25,871 nucleotides of DNA from positions 1 to 25,871 of IMG/VR virus record IMGVR_UViG_3300044267_003748. One strand, written 5' to 3'. Shown in pieces: positions 1-7,549 of the stretch. The DNA comes from a virus (taxonomy: Duplodnaviria > Caudoviricetes). The notes under the pieces were generated by a model. That model ran no database searches and was not told where the DNA came from. It saw nothing but the letters and a program-made list of their open reading frames with translations. The stretch's first letter is position 1. Every line of letters begins with the position of its first letter. Both the position numbers and the translations under genes were made by a program.

Positions 1-342
1 GATTTAGAATTATTAATTTATTTAGATTGTAAAGGAAGATTTACACGAAAAGATTTCATGGACGGAGTATACACTTATTCATGGGATAAAAACAGATGGG
101 AGAGGTTAAGAAGAGAAGGTTGGATAGATACTTGGAGACATCGTAATAGAACTACTATAATGTACTCTGTATTTAAAACCTCTTGGAAATGCTCTCAAAT
201 GATAAGTAGAATATATAGAATACTTCTTGGTGAAGAAGATTTACCTACATCAGAAAGAAGTATATTTTTTAATAATAAATCATATACAGATAAAGTTTAT
301 AATAAAGCTATAGATGATATGATTAAAGATAAAGATAGATAA
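1..342 (+). CDS. Phage hypothetical protein, 5'-truncated (possibly winged-helix-like DNA-binding)
   Basis: The frame of the 58..342 ORF is open back to base 1 (DLELLIYLDCKGRFTRKDF-MDG...), so the true start is probably upstream of the window. The ELLIYL...FTRKDF...WERLRREGWI pattern loosely resembles a wHTH. Confidence 0.6.
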   Translation, partial: DLELLIYLDCKGRFTRKDFMDGVYTYSWDKNRWERLRREGWIDTWRHRNRTTIMYSVFKTSWKCSQMISRIYRILLGEEDLPTSERSIFFNNKSYTDKVYNKAIDDMIKDKDR

Positions 343-343
343 T

Positions 344-616
344 ATGCCATTTAAAATGAAAGGATTTCCTTTTTCAGGAAATTCAGCACTTAAACAAAAA
401 GAAATGACAGGAGCTGGTGAGGCTGGTGCAACTGCAGGGGCTGCCTCAAGAGGAGCTAGTACACATCCATTATATGAAAAATTAACAGCAAGTGAGAAAA
501 AAGCTTATAACGCTCTTACCCCAGAAGAAAAAACTAACGTAAATAAAAATAAAACATTATCTCAACTTAAAAGCGCTTTAGGTGGATACGAACCTGATTA
601 CGAAGGAGGAGATTAA
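344..616 (+). CDS. Small hypothetical protein with MPFKMKGFP leader
   Basis: 90-aa ORF tightly packed between neighbours; N-terminus shared with the next ORFs; Gly/Ala linker followed by a helical part. Confidence 0.75.
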   Translation: MPFKMKGFPFSGNSALKQKEMTGAGEAGATAGAASRGASTHPLYEKLTASEKKAYNALTPEEKTNVNKNKTLSQLKSALGGYEPDYEGGD

Positions 617-1028
617 AAATTATAACTATGCCATTTAAAATGAAATACACAAAAGGATCTTTTCCTTATAAAGGAGAAAGTCATGACTTTGTGCACGAAG
701 GTAATTATAAGGTTATTAAAAAAGATTTAGAAGAAGGCGTATTAGGAGAGGCTAATAACGACGGTACTATATATGTAGATGAAAGTATACCCTCAGGTAG
801 TGCGAAAGAAAAAGAAGTTATTAAGCACGAGATGGTTCATCAAAAGGATATGGAAAATGGTGATTTAGGATATACAGATACAAATGTTACTTGGAAAGGT
901 AAAAAATACGCTAGAAAAAACGGTAAAATAAATTACAAAGGAAAATGGATGGAAGAAGGTGATCATTCATTACCTTGGGAGAAAAAAGCACATAACGCAT
1001 GAGTCCATTTAAAATGAAAGGATTTCCT
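347..1028 (+). repeat. Dispersed direct repeat at gene starts: CCATTTAAAATGAAA(GGATTTCCT)
   Basis: 24-nt exact match between 347..370 and 1005..1028; 18-nt exact match ATGCCATTTAAAATGAAA between 344..361 and 628..645. Confidence 0.9.
628..1002 (+). CDS. Small zincin-like metallopeptidase with MPFKMK leader
   Basis: HEMVH (HExxH) preceded by GVLGEANNDGTIYVD beta strands; downstream LPWEKKA helix may supply the third zinc ligand (Glu). Confidence 0.75.
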   Translation: MPFKMKYTKGSFPYKGESHDFVHEGNYKVIKKDLEEGVLGEANNDGTIYVDESIPSGSAKEKEVIKHEMVHQKDMENGDLGYTDTNVTWKGKKYARKNGKINYKGKWMEEGDHSLPWEKKAHNA

Positions 1029-1343
1029 ATGATATCAGGAACATCCCCAGCAAAATTAGCAGAGGTATATGAATATTTAGATGATGGCACTAAAAAACAA
1101 ATATCTTATAAAGAAGGTGTTAAAAAAGCAAACCAAATGAAGCATATTGAATTTACAGGAAAAGATTTAATAAAAGCTTTAGAAACTGGTGCTTTAGATG
1201 AATTTAACAGTCCAGACCAACAAGACGAAGTTAAGCAAATGATTGCTGATGAAAAAGCTAAACTTAAAGGTGATTTAACTAAAGCTGAAATGGAAGAGGC
1301 TAGTAAACCAGAAAATACAATAAATATAAAACTTAAAAAATAA
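999..1343 (+). CDS. Small hypothetical protein with MSPFKMKGFP leader
   Basis: 114-aa ORF with ATGA overlap to the previous stop; leader followed by GTSPAK and a charged body. Confidence 0.75.
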   Translation: MSPFKMKGFPMISGTSPAKLAEVYEYLDDGTKKQISYKEGVKKANQMKHIEFTGKDLIKALETGALDEFNSPDQQDEVKQMIADEKAKLKGDLTKAEMEEASKPENTINIKLKK

Positions 1344-1344
1344 A

Positions 1345-1863
1345 ATGGGAAAATTTAACAAAGCATTTAATGCAAAAAATCCGTTTGTAAATAGAAATAC
1401 TGAAGGAAGTGCAATAGCATATAACTCTGCAAAGTCATCTCCCTTAGCTTTTACACCACCGGAAGAAATGACAGAAGATCCAATGGAAGCAATGGGAGCA
1501 GTAGAACCAACAGCGGAAACCGGTAAAGGAAGAGGAACTACACCAGGTGATGACACAACCAAAACTGATAAACAACCTAGTAAAGCTGGCGTATGGGAAC
1601 CTGGAGATCCTTGGATATGGGGACAAGAAACAGGGGAGGTAAAAAGAGATGAACATGGCTTATATGTTGTCATGGGTGAAGGAGATGATTTTTATCGTGG
1701 AGTAGATGAAAATTATGATAAAAAATTATATATACCACAAAAATTTGTAGGTGAATTAAACGCCAAAGAAGGAGAATATATACACGATATAGATGTTGGT
1801 TATGAAATGATTGACGGAAAATTTACTGTTGTTGGCGTGGAAGTAGGTGGTACACCAGAATAA
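1345..1863 (+). CDS. Acidic hypothetical protein (basic/aromatic N-terminus, SSPLAF motif)
   Basis: 172-aa ORF starting 1 nt after the previous stop; disordered acidic linker then a beta-rich C-terminal part. Confidence 0.7.
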   Translation: MGKFNKAFNAKNPFVNRNTEGSAIAYNSAKSSPLAFTPPEEMTEDPMEAMGAVEPTAETGKGRGTTPGDDTTKTDKQPSKAGVWEPGDPWIWGQETGEVKRDEHGLYVVMGEGDDFYRGVDENYDKKLYIPQKFVGELNAKEGEYIHDIDVGYEMIDGKFTVVGVEVGGTPE

Positions 1864-1865
1864 TT

Positions 1866-2258
1866 ATGAGTATAATAAGTAAAATATTCTCCGCAGGAGC
1901 CGGAGAGCTAGTTAAAAACGTGGGAGGTGTAATAGACAATCTTACGACTAGTAAAGAAGAAAAAATGGAGGCCGAAAGAAAAATAAAAGACCTAGTAATG
2001 GGTTATGAGGCTGAAATGCAAAAACAAGTAACAGAGCGATGGAAAATGGATATGCAATCTGATTCATGGCTTAGTAAAAATATAAGACCACTAGTTTTAA
2101 TATTCCTAGTAGTATCTACAGTATTATTAGTTTTTATCGATGCTGGAGTTATTGCTTTTGAAGTTAAAGCTTCATGGGTGGATCTTTTACAATTAGTATT
2201 AATAACCGTGATCGGCGCCTATTTTGGCGGACGCTCACTAGAAAAAGTAAAAAAATAA
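1866..2258 (+). CDS. Holin, GTA_holin_3TM-like family
   Basis: Amphipathic N-terminus, coiled segment, RW..D..SDSWLSKNIRP motif, two hydrophobic helices and a C-terminal AYFGGRSLEK, as typical of 3TM holins. Confidence 0.85.
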   Translation: MSIISKIFSAGAGELVKNVGGVIDNLTTSKEEKMEAERKIKDLVMGYEAEMQKQVTERWKMDMQSDSWLSKNIRPLVLIFLVVSTVLLVFIDAGVIAFEVKASWVDLLQLVLITVIGAYFGGRSLEKVKK

Positions 2259-2921
2259 ATGGCAAATTCAACAGAAGTAAATTATACCTTTGGGCAAATG
2301 GGTAGTGTTTTTACAAATTTAGCTAAACCAGTTTACCCACCAAAAGATCACGTTATTGTAGCTGTTCAATTTTTAGCAGATAACACGCCAACAGCAATGC
2401 TTACAGAAACACTAGATTCATCAGGACCTCAATTTCCAGGAACAGATGATACTGAAGCTACAGCTGCTAACTATTTAGGTGTTACTGAAGCTGCCTGTAC
2501 TGGCGCTAGAACAACAGTAAACGAAACAAATGATACTGTAACGATTAGTGCTACTAACGCTAAAATTAAAGTTGGACAATCAGTTTTATTAGTCGCTGAT
2601 GGCGATACTATTGACACGGGTTTAACACTAGATACAAGCGCTGGTCATGTTGATCCAAACTATAATGGTCCAAATAGAACTGGTTTAAAAGTAGTAAAAG
2701 TTAATGGTGTAAATATAACTTTAGGACCTATTAAAGAAGGTTCTTCTTTTACAGTATTAAACCCAGATAGCTCTAATACATTAGTATTTATTGACGAGCA
2801 ACACGGCGCAGGTGGTACAACTATGGAAAGTGTAGTATTTCCAAAGGGAATCACTATTTATGGTAGATGGACAACAATAACACCTTCTGCAGCTCCAGTA
2901 ATCTGTTATTTCGGTAAATAA
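2259..2921 (+). CDS. Putative virion structural or decoration protein
   Basis: 220 aa, Thr/Gly/Val-rich beta composition, C-terminal FPKGITIYGRWT...ICYFG; lies upstream of a LamG gene in the late region. Confidence 0.55.
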   Translation: MANSTEVNYTFGQMGSVFTNLAKPVYPPKDHVIVAVQFLADNTPTAMLTETLDSSGPQFPGTDDTEATAANYLGVTEAACTGARTTVNETNDTVTISATNAKIKVGQSVLLVADGDTIDTGLTLDTSAGHVDPNYNGPNRTGLKVVKVNGVNITLGPIKEGSSFTVLNPDSSNTLVFIDEQHGAGGTTMESVVFPKGITIYGRWTTITPSAAPVICYFGK

Positions 2922-3637
2922 TGTTAGGATTAGGAGGTGGTATACATAGTGATTCTGCTAGTTTAGTAGAGATATTTGCTAATAGATATTCACTAGCATT
3001 TAACGGTACAGATGAATGTGTAACTATTCATGGAGCTGGTAATGATATGACACCTGAAAATACAGGTACTATATCTATATGGGCAATAATGAATGCTACC
3101 AGCGGAAGTCAAAATATTATTCGAGCACAAGCTGATTCAAATAATCAAATATTTATATTTTGGCACAACTCATCAGATACAATTAGATTTAATCTCAAGT
3201 CTGGTGGTACAGTGGTATCCGTACAATACGCTGCCTCTAGTTTTGATCATGCCGCTTGGACGCATTTCGCGATGACCTGGGAGGCTGGTGGAAGTGTAAA
3301 AGGTTATATTAATGGAACAGAAGTGGGTGAAAGTGTAGAATATCCAGAAAGTGCTTTTACAGGTACAATAGATACAATTTATTTAGGTCAAAATGCTTCT
3401 GACGGAGCTTATTTTAAAGGACAAATGGATGAGATATCAATATGGACAAGTGTTATGAGTATCAGTGAACTATATAATGCAAGAACACATAGAGATGTAG
3501 AGTTTTCTGGTTTAGATAATACTCAATTAGTTGCATATTATAGAATGGAAGAAGGTACAGGCACTACTACAGCAGACGAATCAGGAAAAGGTAATACTGG
3601 TACTTTAGTAAATACACCTACGTGGACAGCGTATTAA
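2921..3637 (+). CDS. LamG/concanavalin A-like lectin domain protein (virion fibre or decoration)
   Basis: YSLAFNGTDE, TISIW, WTHFAMTW, YINGTEV, YFKGQMDEISIW and LVAYYRMEEGTGTTTADESGKGNTGTLVN are typical Laminin_G_3 motifs. Confidence 0.9.
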   Translation: MLGLGGGIHSDSASLVEIFANRYSLAFNGTDECVTIHGAGNDMTPENTGTISIWAIMNATSGSQNIIRAQADSNNQIFIFWHNSSDTIRFNLKSGGTVVSVQYAASSFDHAAWTHFAMTWEAGGSVKGYINGTEVGESVEYPESAFTGTIDTIYLGQNASDGAYFKGQMDEISIWTSVMSISELYNARTHRDVEFSGLDNTQLVAYYRMEEGTGTTTADESGKGNTGTLVNTPTWTAY

Positions 3638-3647
3638 ACAAACTAAT

Positions 3648-3878
3648 ATGGCAAAAAAATATGTAATAATAGAACCTAGTGAACTATCAAATCTTGATTT
3701 TAGTAAATTGGCAACTACATCAAGTAACACTGTTAGATATAATCTAGCTAGAAATAAGTGTTTGGTTTCTTTTATAGGTACTACACCATCTGAACTAAAT
3801 GGTAAAACAGAATATACTGAAGCACAAATTTTTACAATTATAGATAATATATCTAATGGTTGGTATGAAAACGAATAA
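3648..3878 (+). CDS. Small hypothetical protein following the LamG gene
   Basis: 76-aa ORF with A-rich leader; YVII...LDFS...TVRYN...W pattern. Confidence 0.7.
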   Translation: MAKKYVIIEPSELSNLDFSKLATTSSNTVRYNLARNKCLVSFIGTTPSELNGKTEYTEAQIFTIIDNISNGWYENE

Positions 3879-3904
3879 TAAACAATTAACTTAAATTAAA
3901 TAAA

Positions 3905-4201
3905 ATGGCAAAAAGAAAAACACAAAAAGTAGAAAAGATCGTAGATCTTAAACCCCAAAAAATCAATGAGCAACAATTAGCTAAATTACAAGCTACAATA
4001 AAAAGTATGGATCAATTTACCAATGACATTGGTAGAATCGAAATACAAAAACAAAGTTTGATAAAAGCTATGGATCGTCTTAGTAATGATATAAATACTA
4101 TGCGCATTGAGTTCTCTAACGAGTACGGAACTGATGATATAAACATACATGACGGTACTATAAATTATCCAGAAAATGGCGAAGTTAATAAGAAAGATTA
4201 G
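3905..4201 (+). CDS. Coiled-coil hypothetical protein (possible fibre assembly chaperone)
   Basis: Heptad-like central helix ending in EYG.DDINIHDGTI; strong A-rich initiation region. Confidence 0.65.
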   Translation: MAKRKTQKVEKIVDLKPQKINEQQLAKLQATIKSMDQFTNDIGRIEIQKQSLIKAMDRLSNDINTMRIEFSNEYGTDDINIHDGTINYPENGEVNKKD

Positions 4202-4397
4202 CATAGGTAAAGACTATAAAAACGACGCTATGCACTACGCTGTTGGTCAAGAAGTATATGGTGGACACATTATTTGTGATATAATAGAAGAAGAAGATAA
4301 ATTTTCTATTTATATTAAAAAAGACAAAGATGTTTTACCTTGGAAAGACTTCAATAAAAATATGGCAGTATCTGTTGAATATAATCTAGAATATTAA
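4176..4397 (+). CDS. Phage hypothetical protein
   Basis: 73 aa, LIRKISIGKDYKNDAMHYAVGQEVYGGH; overlaps the upstream gene by 26 nt. Confidence 0.75.
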   Translation: MAKLIRKISIGKDYKNDAMHYAVGQEVYGGHIICDIIEEEDKFSIYIKKDKDVLPWKDFNKNMAVSVEYNLEY

Positions 4398-4398
4398 T

Positions 4399-4524
4399 AT
4401 GTGGGAAGGATTAAGACACGCGTTGGGACTTTGTGGAGAACCGCATCCCAGTTTATTATGGTTAATAATGTTTACGCCAATTGTAAGTTATACAATTGCA
4501 ATTATTAAAGAGAAATTAAAATGA
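4399..4524 (+). CDS. 41-aa small membrane protein (not in ORF track)
   Basis: Hand translation MWEGLRHALGLCGEPHPSLLWLIMFTPIVSYTIAIIKEKLK*; fills the gap exactly, starting 1 nt after the previous stop with an ATGA overlap to the next gene. Confidence 0.75.
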   Translation: MWEGLRHALGLCGEPHPSLLWLIMFTPIVSYTIAIIKEKLK

Positions 4525-5111
4525 AAAGTGTTTACAACTTTGTTGTAACACCAATTGGAGAAAGATATAATAATACTAAAAAAGTTGGTGATAAAAATCT
4601 TATATTAAATACAGAAATCTTTAATCATCAATATATAAATAGATTAGCAAAAGTTATATCAATACCAATAATTGGTGATACAGACATTAAACCTGGAGAT
4701 GAAGTTATAATACACCATAATGTATTTCGTAGATGGCATAATATAAAGGGTATTGAAAAAAATAGTAGAAGTTATTTTGATGAATCTACTTATTTAATAA
4801 CTCAAGATCAAATCTTTTTATATAAAAGAAACGGTGAATGGAAAGCTCCAAAAGGATATTGCTTTATTCAACCAATAAAATCAAAAGACAAATTTAGTGG
4901 CGAAAAAGAAATACCATTAATTGGCATTGTTAAGCATACAGACGGAACAGTTGATAAAGATGACTTGGTCGGCTTTAAACCAAGTGCTGAATACGAATTT
5001 ATAATTGACAATCAAAGATTGTACAGAGTTTTATCTAATTTTATAACTATCAAATATGAATATCAAGGAGACGAAGAAAAATATAATCCAAGCTGGGCAA
5101 AGAGCGGTTGA
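4521..5111 (+). CDS. GroES-like co-chaperonin with two tandem GroES-like halves
   Basis: Half 1: FVVTP...LIL...AKVISIP...IKPGDEVII. Half 2: YCFIQP...GIVKH...VDKDDLVGF...EFIIDNQRLYRV. Both echo the Cpn10 strand pattern. Confidence 0.6.
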   Translation: MKSVYNFVVTPIGERYNNTKKVGDKNLILNTEIFNHQYINRLAKVISIPIIGDTDIKPGDEVIIHHNVFRRWHNIKGIEKNSRSYFDESTYLITQDQIFLYKRNGEWKAPKGYCFIQPIKSKDKFSGEKEIPLIGIVKHTDGTVDKDDLVGFKPSAEYEFIIDNQRLYRVLSNFITIKYEYQGDEEKYNPSWAKSG

Positions 5112-5331
5112 CGAGTTGATTAAAGTCGCTAAAGAACCTATTGTAGATTCTGAAGACGATATATCAGCTGATAGATTAAAAAATGCCGCGGCTACTAAAA
5201 AATTAGCTATATTTGACGCATTTGAAATACTTAGCAGAATACAAGAAGAAGAAAATTTACTTGAGGGCAAGGATCCTGAAGAAAAAAAGGAAAGAGTATT
5301 TAAAGGATTCGCAGAAGGAAGATCGAAATGA
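5056..5331 (+). CDS. Putative terminase small subunit
   Basis: 91-aa helical protein directly upstream of, and overlapping (ATGA), the large terminase; assignment is by position. Confidence 0.5.
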   Translation: MNIKETKKNIIQAGQRAVDELIKVAKEPIVDSEDDISADRLKNAAATKKLAIFDAFEILSRIQEEENLLEGKDPEEKKERVFKGFAEGRSK

Positions 5332-7547
5332 GTTACGAACAAACATTAATTAAAATAATTGAACCTATTAAACGTACGACTATAACTCGTATGAATAAAG
5401 GTAAAAAATGGGAATATGGATACAATAAAGAACATGATATCATCGTTATCTCAAAAACTGGAAAAATTGGTGAAATCTATGAAATTCAAGGTTTGCGCAT
5501 TGGCTTGCCGTTGGAACCAAAAAGAGTGCACGTGCATTCCAAAAAGAAATGGGTAAAACTTGAACAACCAAAAGAATTAAATAGATTAAAAAATATATTT
5601 GATTGGAGAAGTTATCCAGATGAAGCAAAAGAACAGTGGTATGATTATATAGATGAAGAATTCAAAAGAAGAGATGAAGGATTTTGGTTTAACAATAATG
5701 GCAAATCAACATATATAACAGGTACACATTATATGTATCTTCAATGGAGTAAGATTGATGTTGGTGCTCCAGACTTTAGAGAGGCAAATAGGTTGTTCTA
5801 TATATTTTGGGAAGCTTGTAAAGCAGATAAGAGATGTTATGGAATGTGTTATCTTAAAAACCGTCGTTCTGGTTTTTCTTTTATGAGTAGCGCTGAGATA
5901 GTTAACTTAGCTACTATATCAAGTGATAGTAGATATGGGATACTTTCTAAAACAGGTGCTGATGCTAAAAAAATGTTTACAGATAAAGTTGTGCCAATTA
6001 GTGTAAATTATCCTTTTTTCTTTAAACCGATCCAAGATGGTATGGATCGACCAAAAACAGAGTTAGCATACAGAGTACCCGCTAGCAAGTTTACTCGAAA
6101 AAAAATAACGTCTAATGAAAAATTAGAAGATTTACAAGGATTAGACACAACTATAGATTGGAAAAACACTGGGGATAATAGTTATGATGGTGAAAAATTA
6201 TCATTACTAGCACACGATGAAAGTGGTAAATGGGAAAGACCCGATAATATATTAAATAACTGGAGGGTTACAAAAACATGTTTACGATTAGGTAGTAGAA
6301 TAGTTGGTAAATGTATGATGGGTAGCACTTCTAACGCATTAGATAAAGGTGGAGACAACTTTAAAAAATTATACAACGCATCAGATGTCACTAAAAGAAA
6401 TAGAAATGGTCAGACAAAATCTGGTTTATACTCTTTGTTTATCCCAATGGAATGGAACTACGAAGGATTTATTGATGAATACGGATATCCAGTTTTTGAT
6501 AACCCTGACGCAGATGTACTCGGGCCAGACGGTGAATTAATAGATATAGGTATAATTGAACATTGGCAAAATGAAGCCGATGGTTTAAAAGGAGATCACG
6601 ACGCGTTAAACGAGTTTTATAGACAATTTCCTAAAACTACAGAACACGCGTTTAGAGATGAAGCAAAAGGAAGTATATTTAACTTGGTAAAAATATATGA
6701 GCAGATAGATTATAACGAAGAAATGGTTAGAACTCTAGGATTAAAAAGAGGTAATTTCCAATGGGCAAGTGGTATAAAAGATACTCAAGTGATTTTTTAT
6801 CCAGATCAACAAGGAAGATTTAGTATAAGTTGGGTACCCTCATCTAATTTGCAAAATAGAGTAGTATTAAAAAATGGAGTTAGATATCCCGCGAATGAGC
6901 ACATGGGCGCTTTTGGTTGTGATAGTTACGATATATCAGGAACAGTTGATGGAGAAGGTTCTAAAGGATCTTTGCATGGTTTAACAAAATTTTCAATGGA
7001 AAATGCTCCTGCAAATCAATTCTTTTTAGAATATATCGCTAGACCACAAACTGCTGAAATGTTTTTTGAAGATGTTTTAATGGCATTAGTATTTTATGGA
7101 ATGCCGTTATTATGTGAAAATAATAAACCTAGATTGCTTTATTATCTTAGAAGAAGAGGATATAGAGGTTTTAGTATGAATAGACCAGATAAAGTTTGGA
7201 ATAAATTATCTGTAGCAGAAAAAGAAATTGGAGGTATTCCAAACTCTAGTGAGGATATAAAGCAAGCTCACGCAGCGGCTATAGAAATGTACATACAAGA
7301 ACATGTAGGCATGAGGTCTGACGGATCACATAATAATATGTATTTTAACAAAACGTTAAACGACTGGACTAGATTTGACATAACAAAACGTACAAAGTTT
7401 GATGCAACAATAAGTTCAGGATTAGCAATAATGGCTTGTAATAGACATTTATATACTCCAAACGCTAAAATAGAAAAACCAAAACTAAATATAAGTATTG
7501 CTAAATACGAGAATAAAGGTAATATTAGTAAATTAATTAAACAATAA
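5328..7547 (+). CDS. terL: Terminase large subunit
   Basis: Walker A-like LKNRRSGFS, Walker B LLAHDESGK, coupling motif GSTSN, RNase H-like nuclease motifs FGCDSYD and KFDATISSGLA. Confidence 0.93.
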   Translation: MSYEQTLIKIIEPIKRTTITRMNKGKKWEYGYNKEHDIIVISKTGKIGEIYEIQGLRIGLPLEPKRVHVHSKKKWVKLEQPKELNRLKNIFDWRSYPDEAKEQWYDYIDEEFKRRDEGFWFNNNGKSTYITGTHYMYLQWSKIDVGAPDFREANRLFYIFWEACKADKRCYGMCYLKNRRSGFSFMSSAEIVNLATISSDSRYGILSKTGADAKKMFTDKVVPISVNYPFFFKPIQDGMDRPKTELAYRVPASKFTRKKITSNEKLEDLQGLDTTIDWKNTGDNSYDGEKLSLLAHDESGKWERPDNILNNWRVTKTCLRLGSRIVGKCMMGSTSNALDKGGDNFKKLYNASDVTKRNRNGQTKSGLYSLFIPMEWNYEGFIDEYGYPVFDNPDADVLGPDGELIDIGIIEHWQNEADGLKGDHDALNEFYRQFPKTTEHAFRDEAKGSIFNLVKIYEQIDYNEEMVRTLGLKRGNFQWASGIKDTQVIFYPDQQGRFSISWVPSSNLQNRVVLKNGVRYPANEHMGAFGCDSYDISGTVDGEGSKGSLHGLTKFSMENAPANQFFLEYIARPQTAEMFFEDVLMALVFYGMPLLCENNKPRLLYYLRRRGYRGFSMNRPDKVWNKLSVAEKEIGGIPNSSEDIKQAHAAAIEMYIQEHVGMRSDGSHNNMYFNKTLNDWTRFDITKRTKFDATISSGLAIMACNRHLYTPNAKIEKPKLNISIAKYENKGNISKLIKQ

Positions 7548-7549
7548 AT

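Noticed and set aside
344-1028. Repeats as a CRISPR array or attachment sites
   Set aside because: Only three copies, irregular spacing of several hundred nt, each in frame at a gene start; no cas or integrase gene.
2208-2238. GC-rich interrupted hairpin near the holin 3' end (GTGA..CGCC-TATTTT-GGCG..TCAC)
   Set aside because: Stems are short and largely explained by the GAYFGGRS codons; not supportable without covariation data.
3093-6540. Alternative-frame plus-strand ORFs 3093..3275 and 6349..6540
   Set aside because: Short, nested inside the LamG and TerL genes, with no recognisable features.
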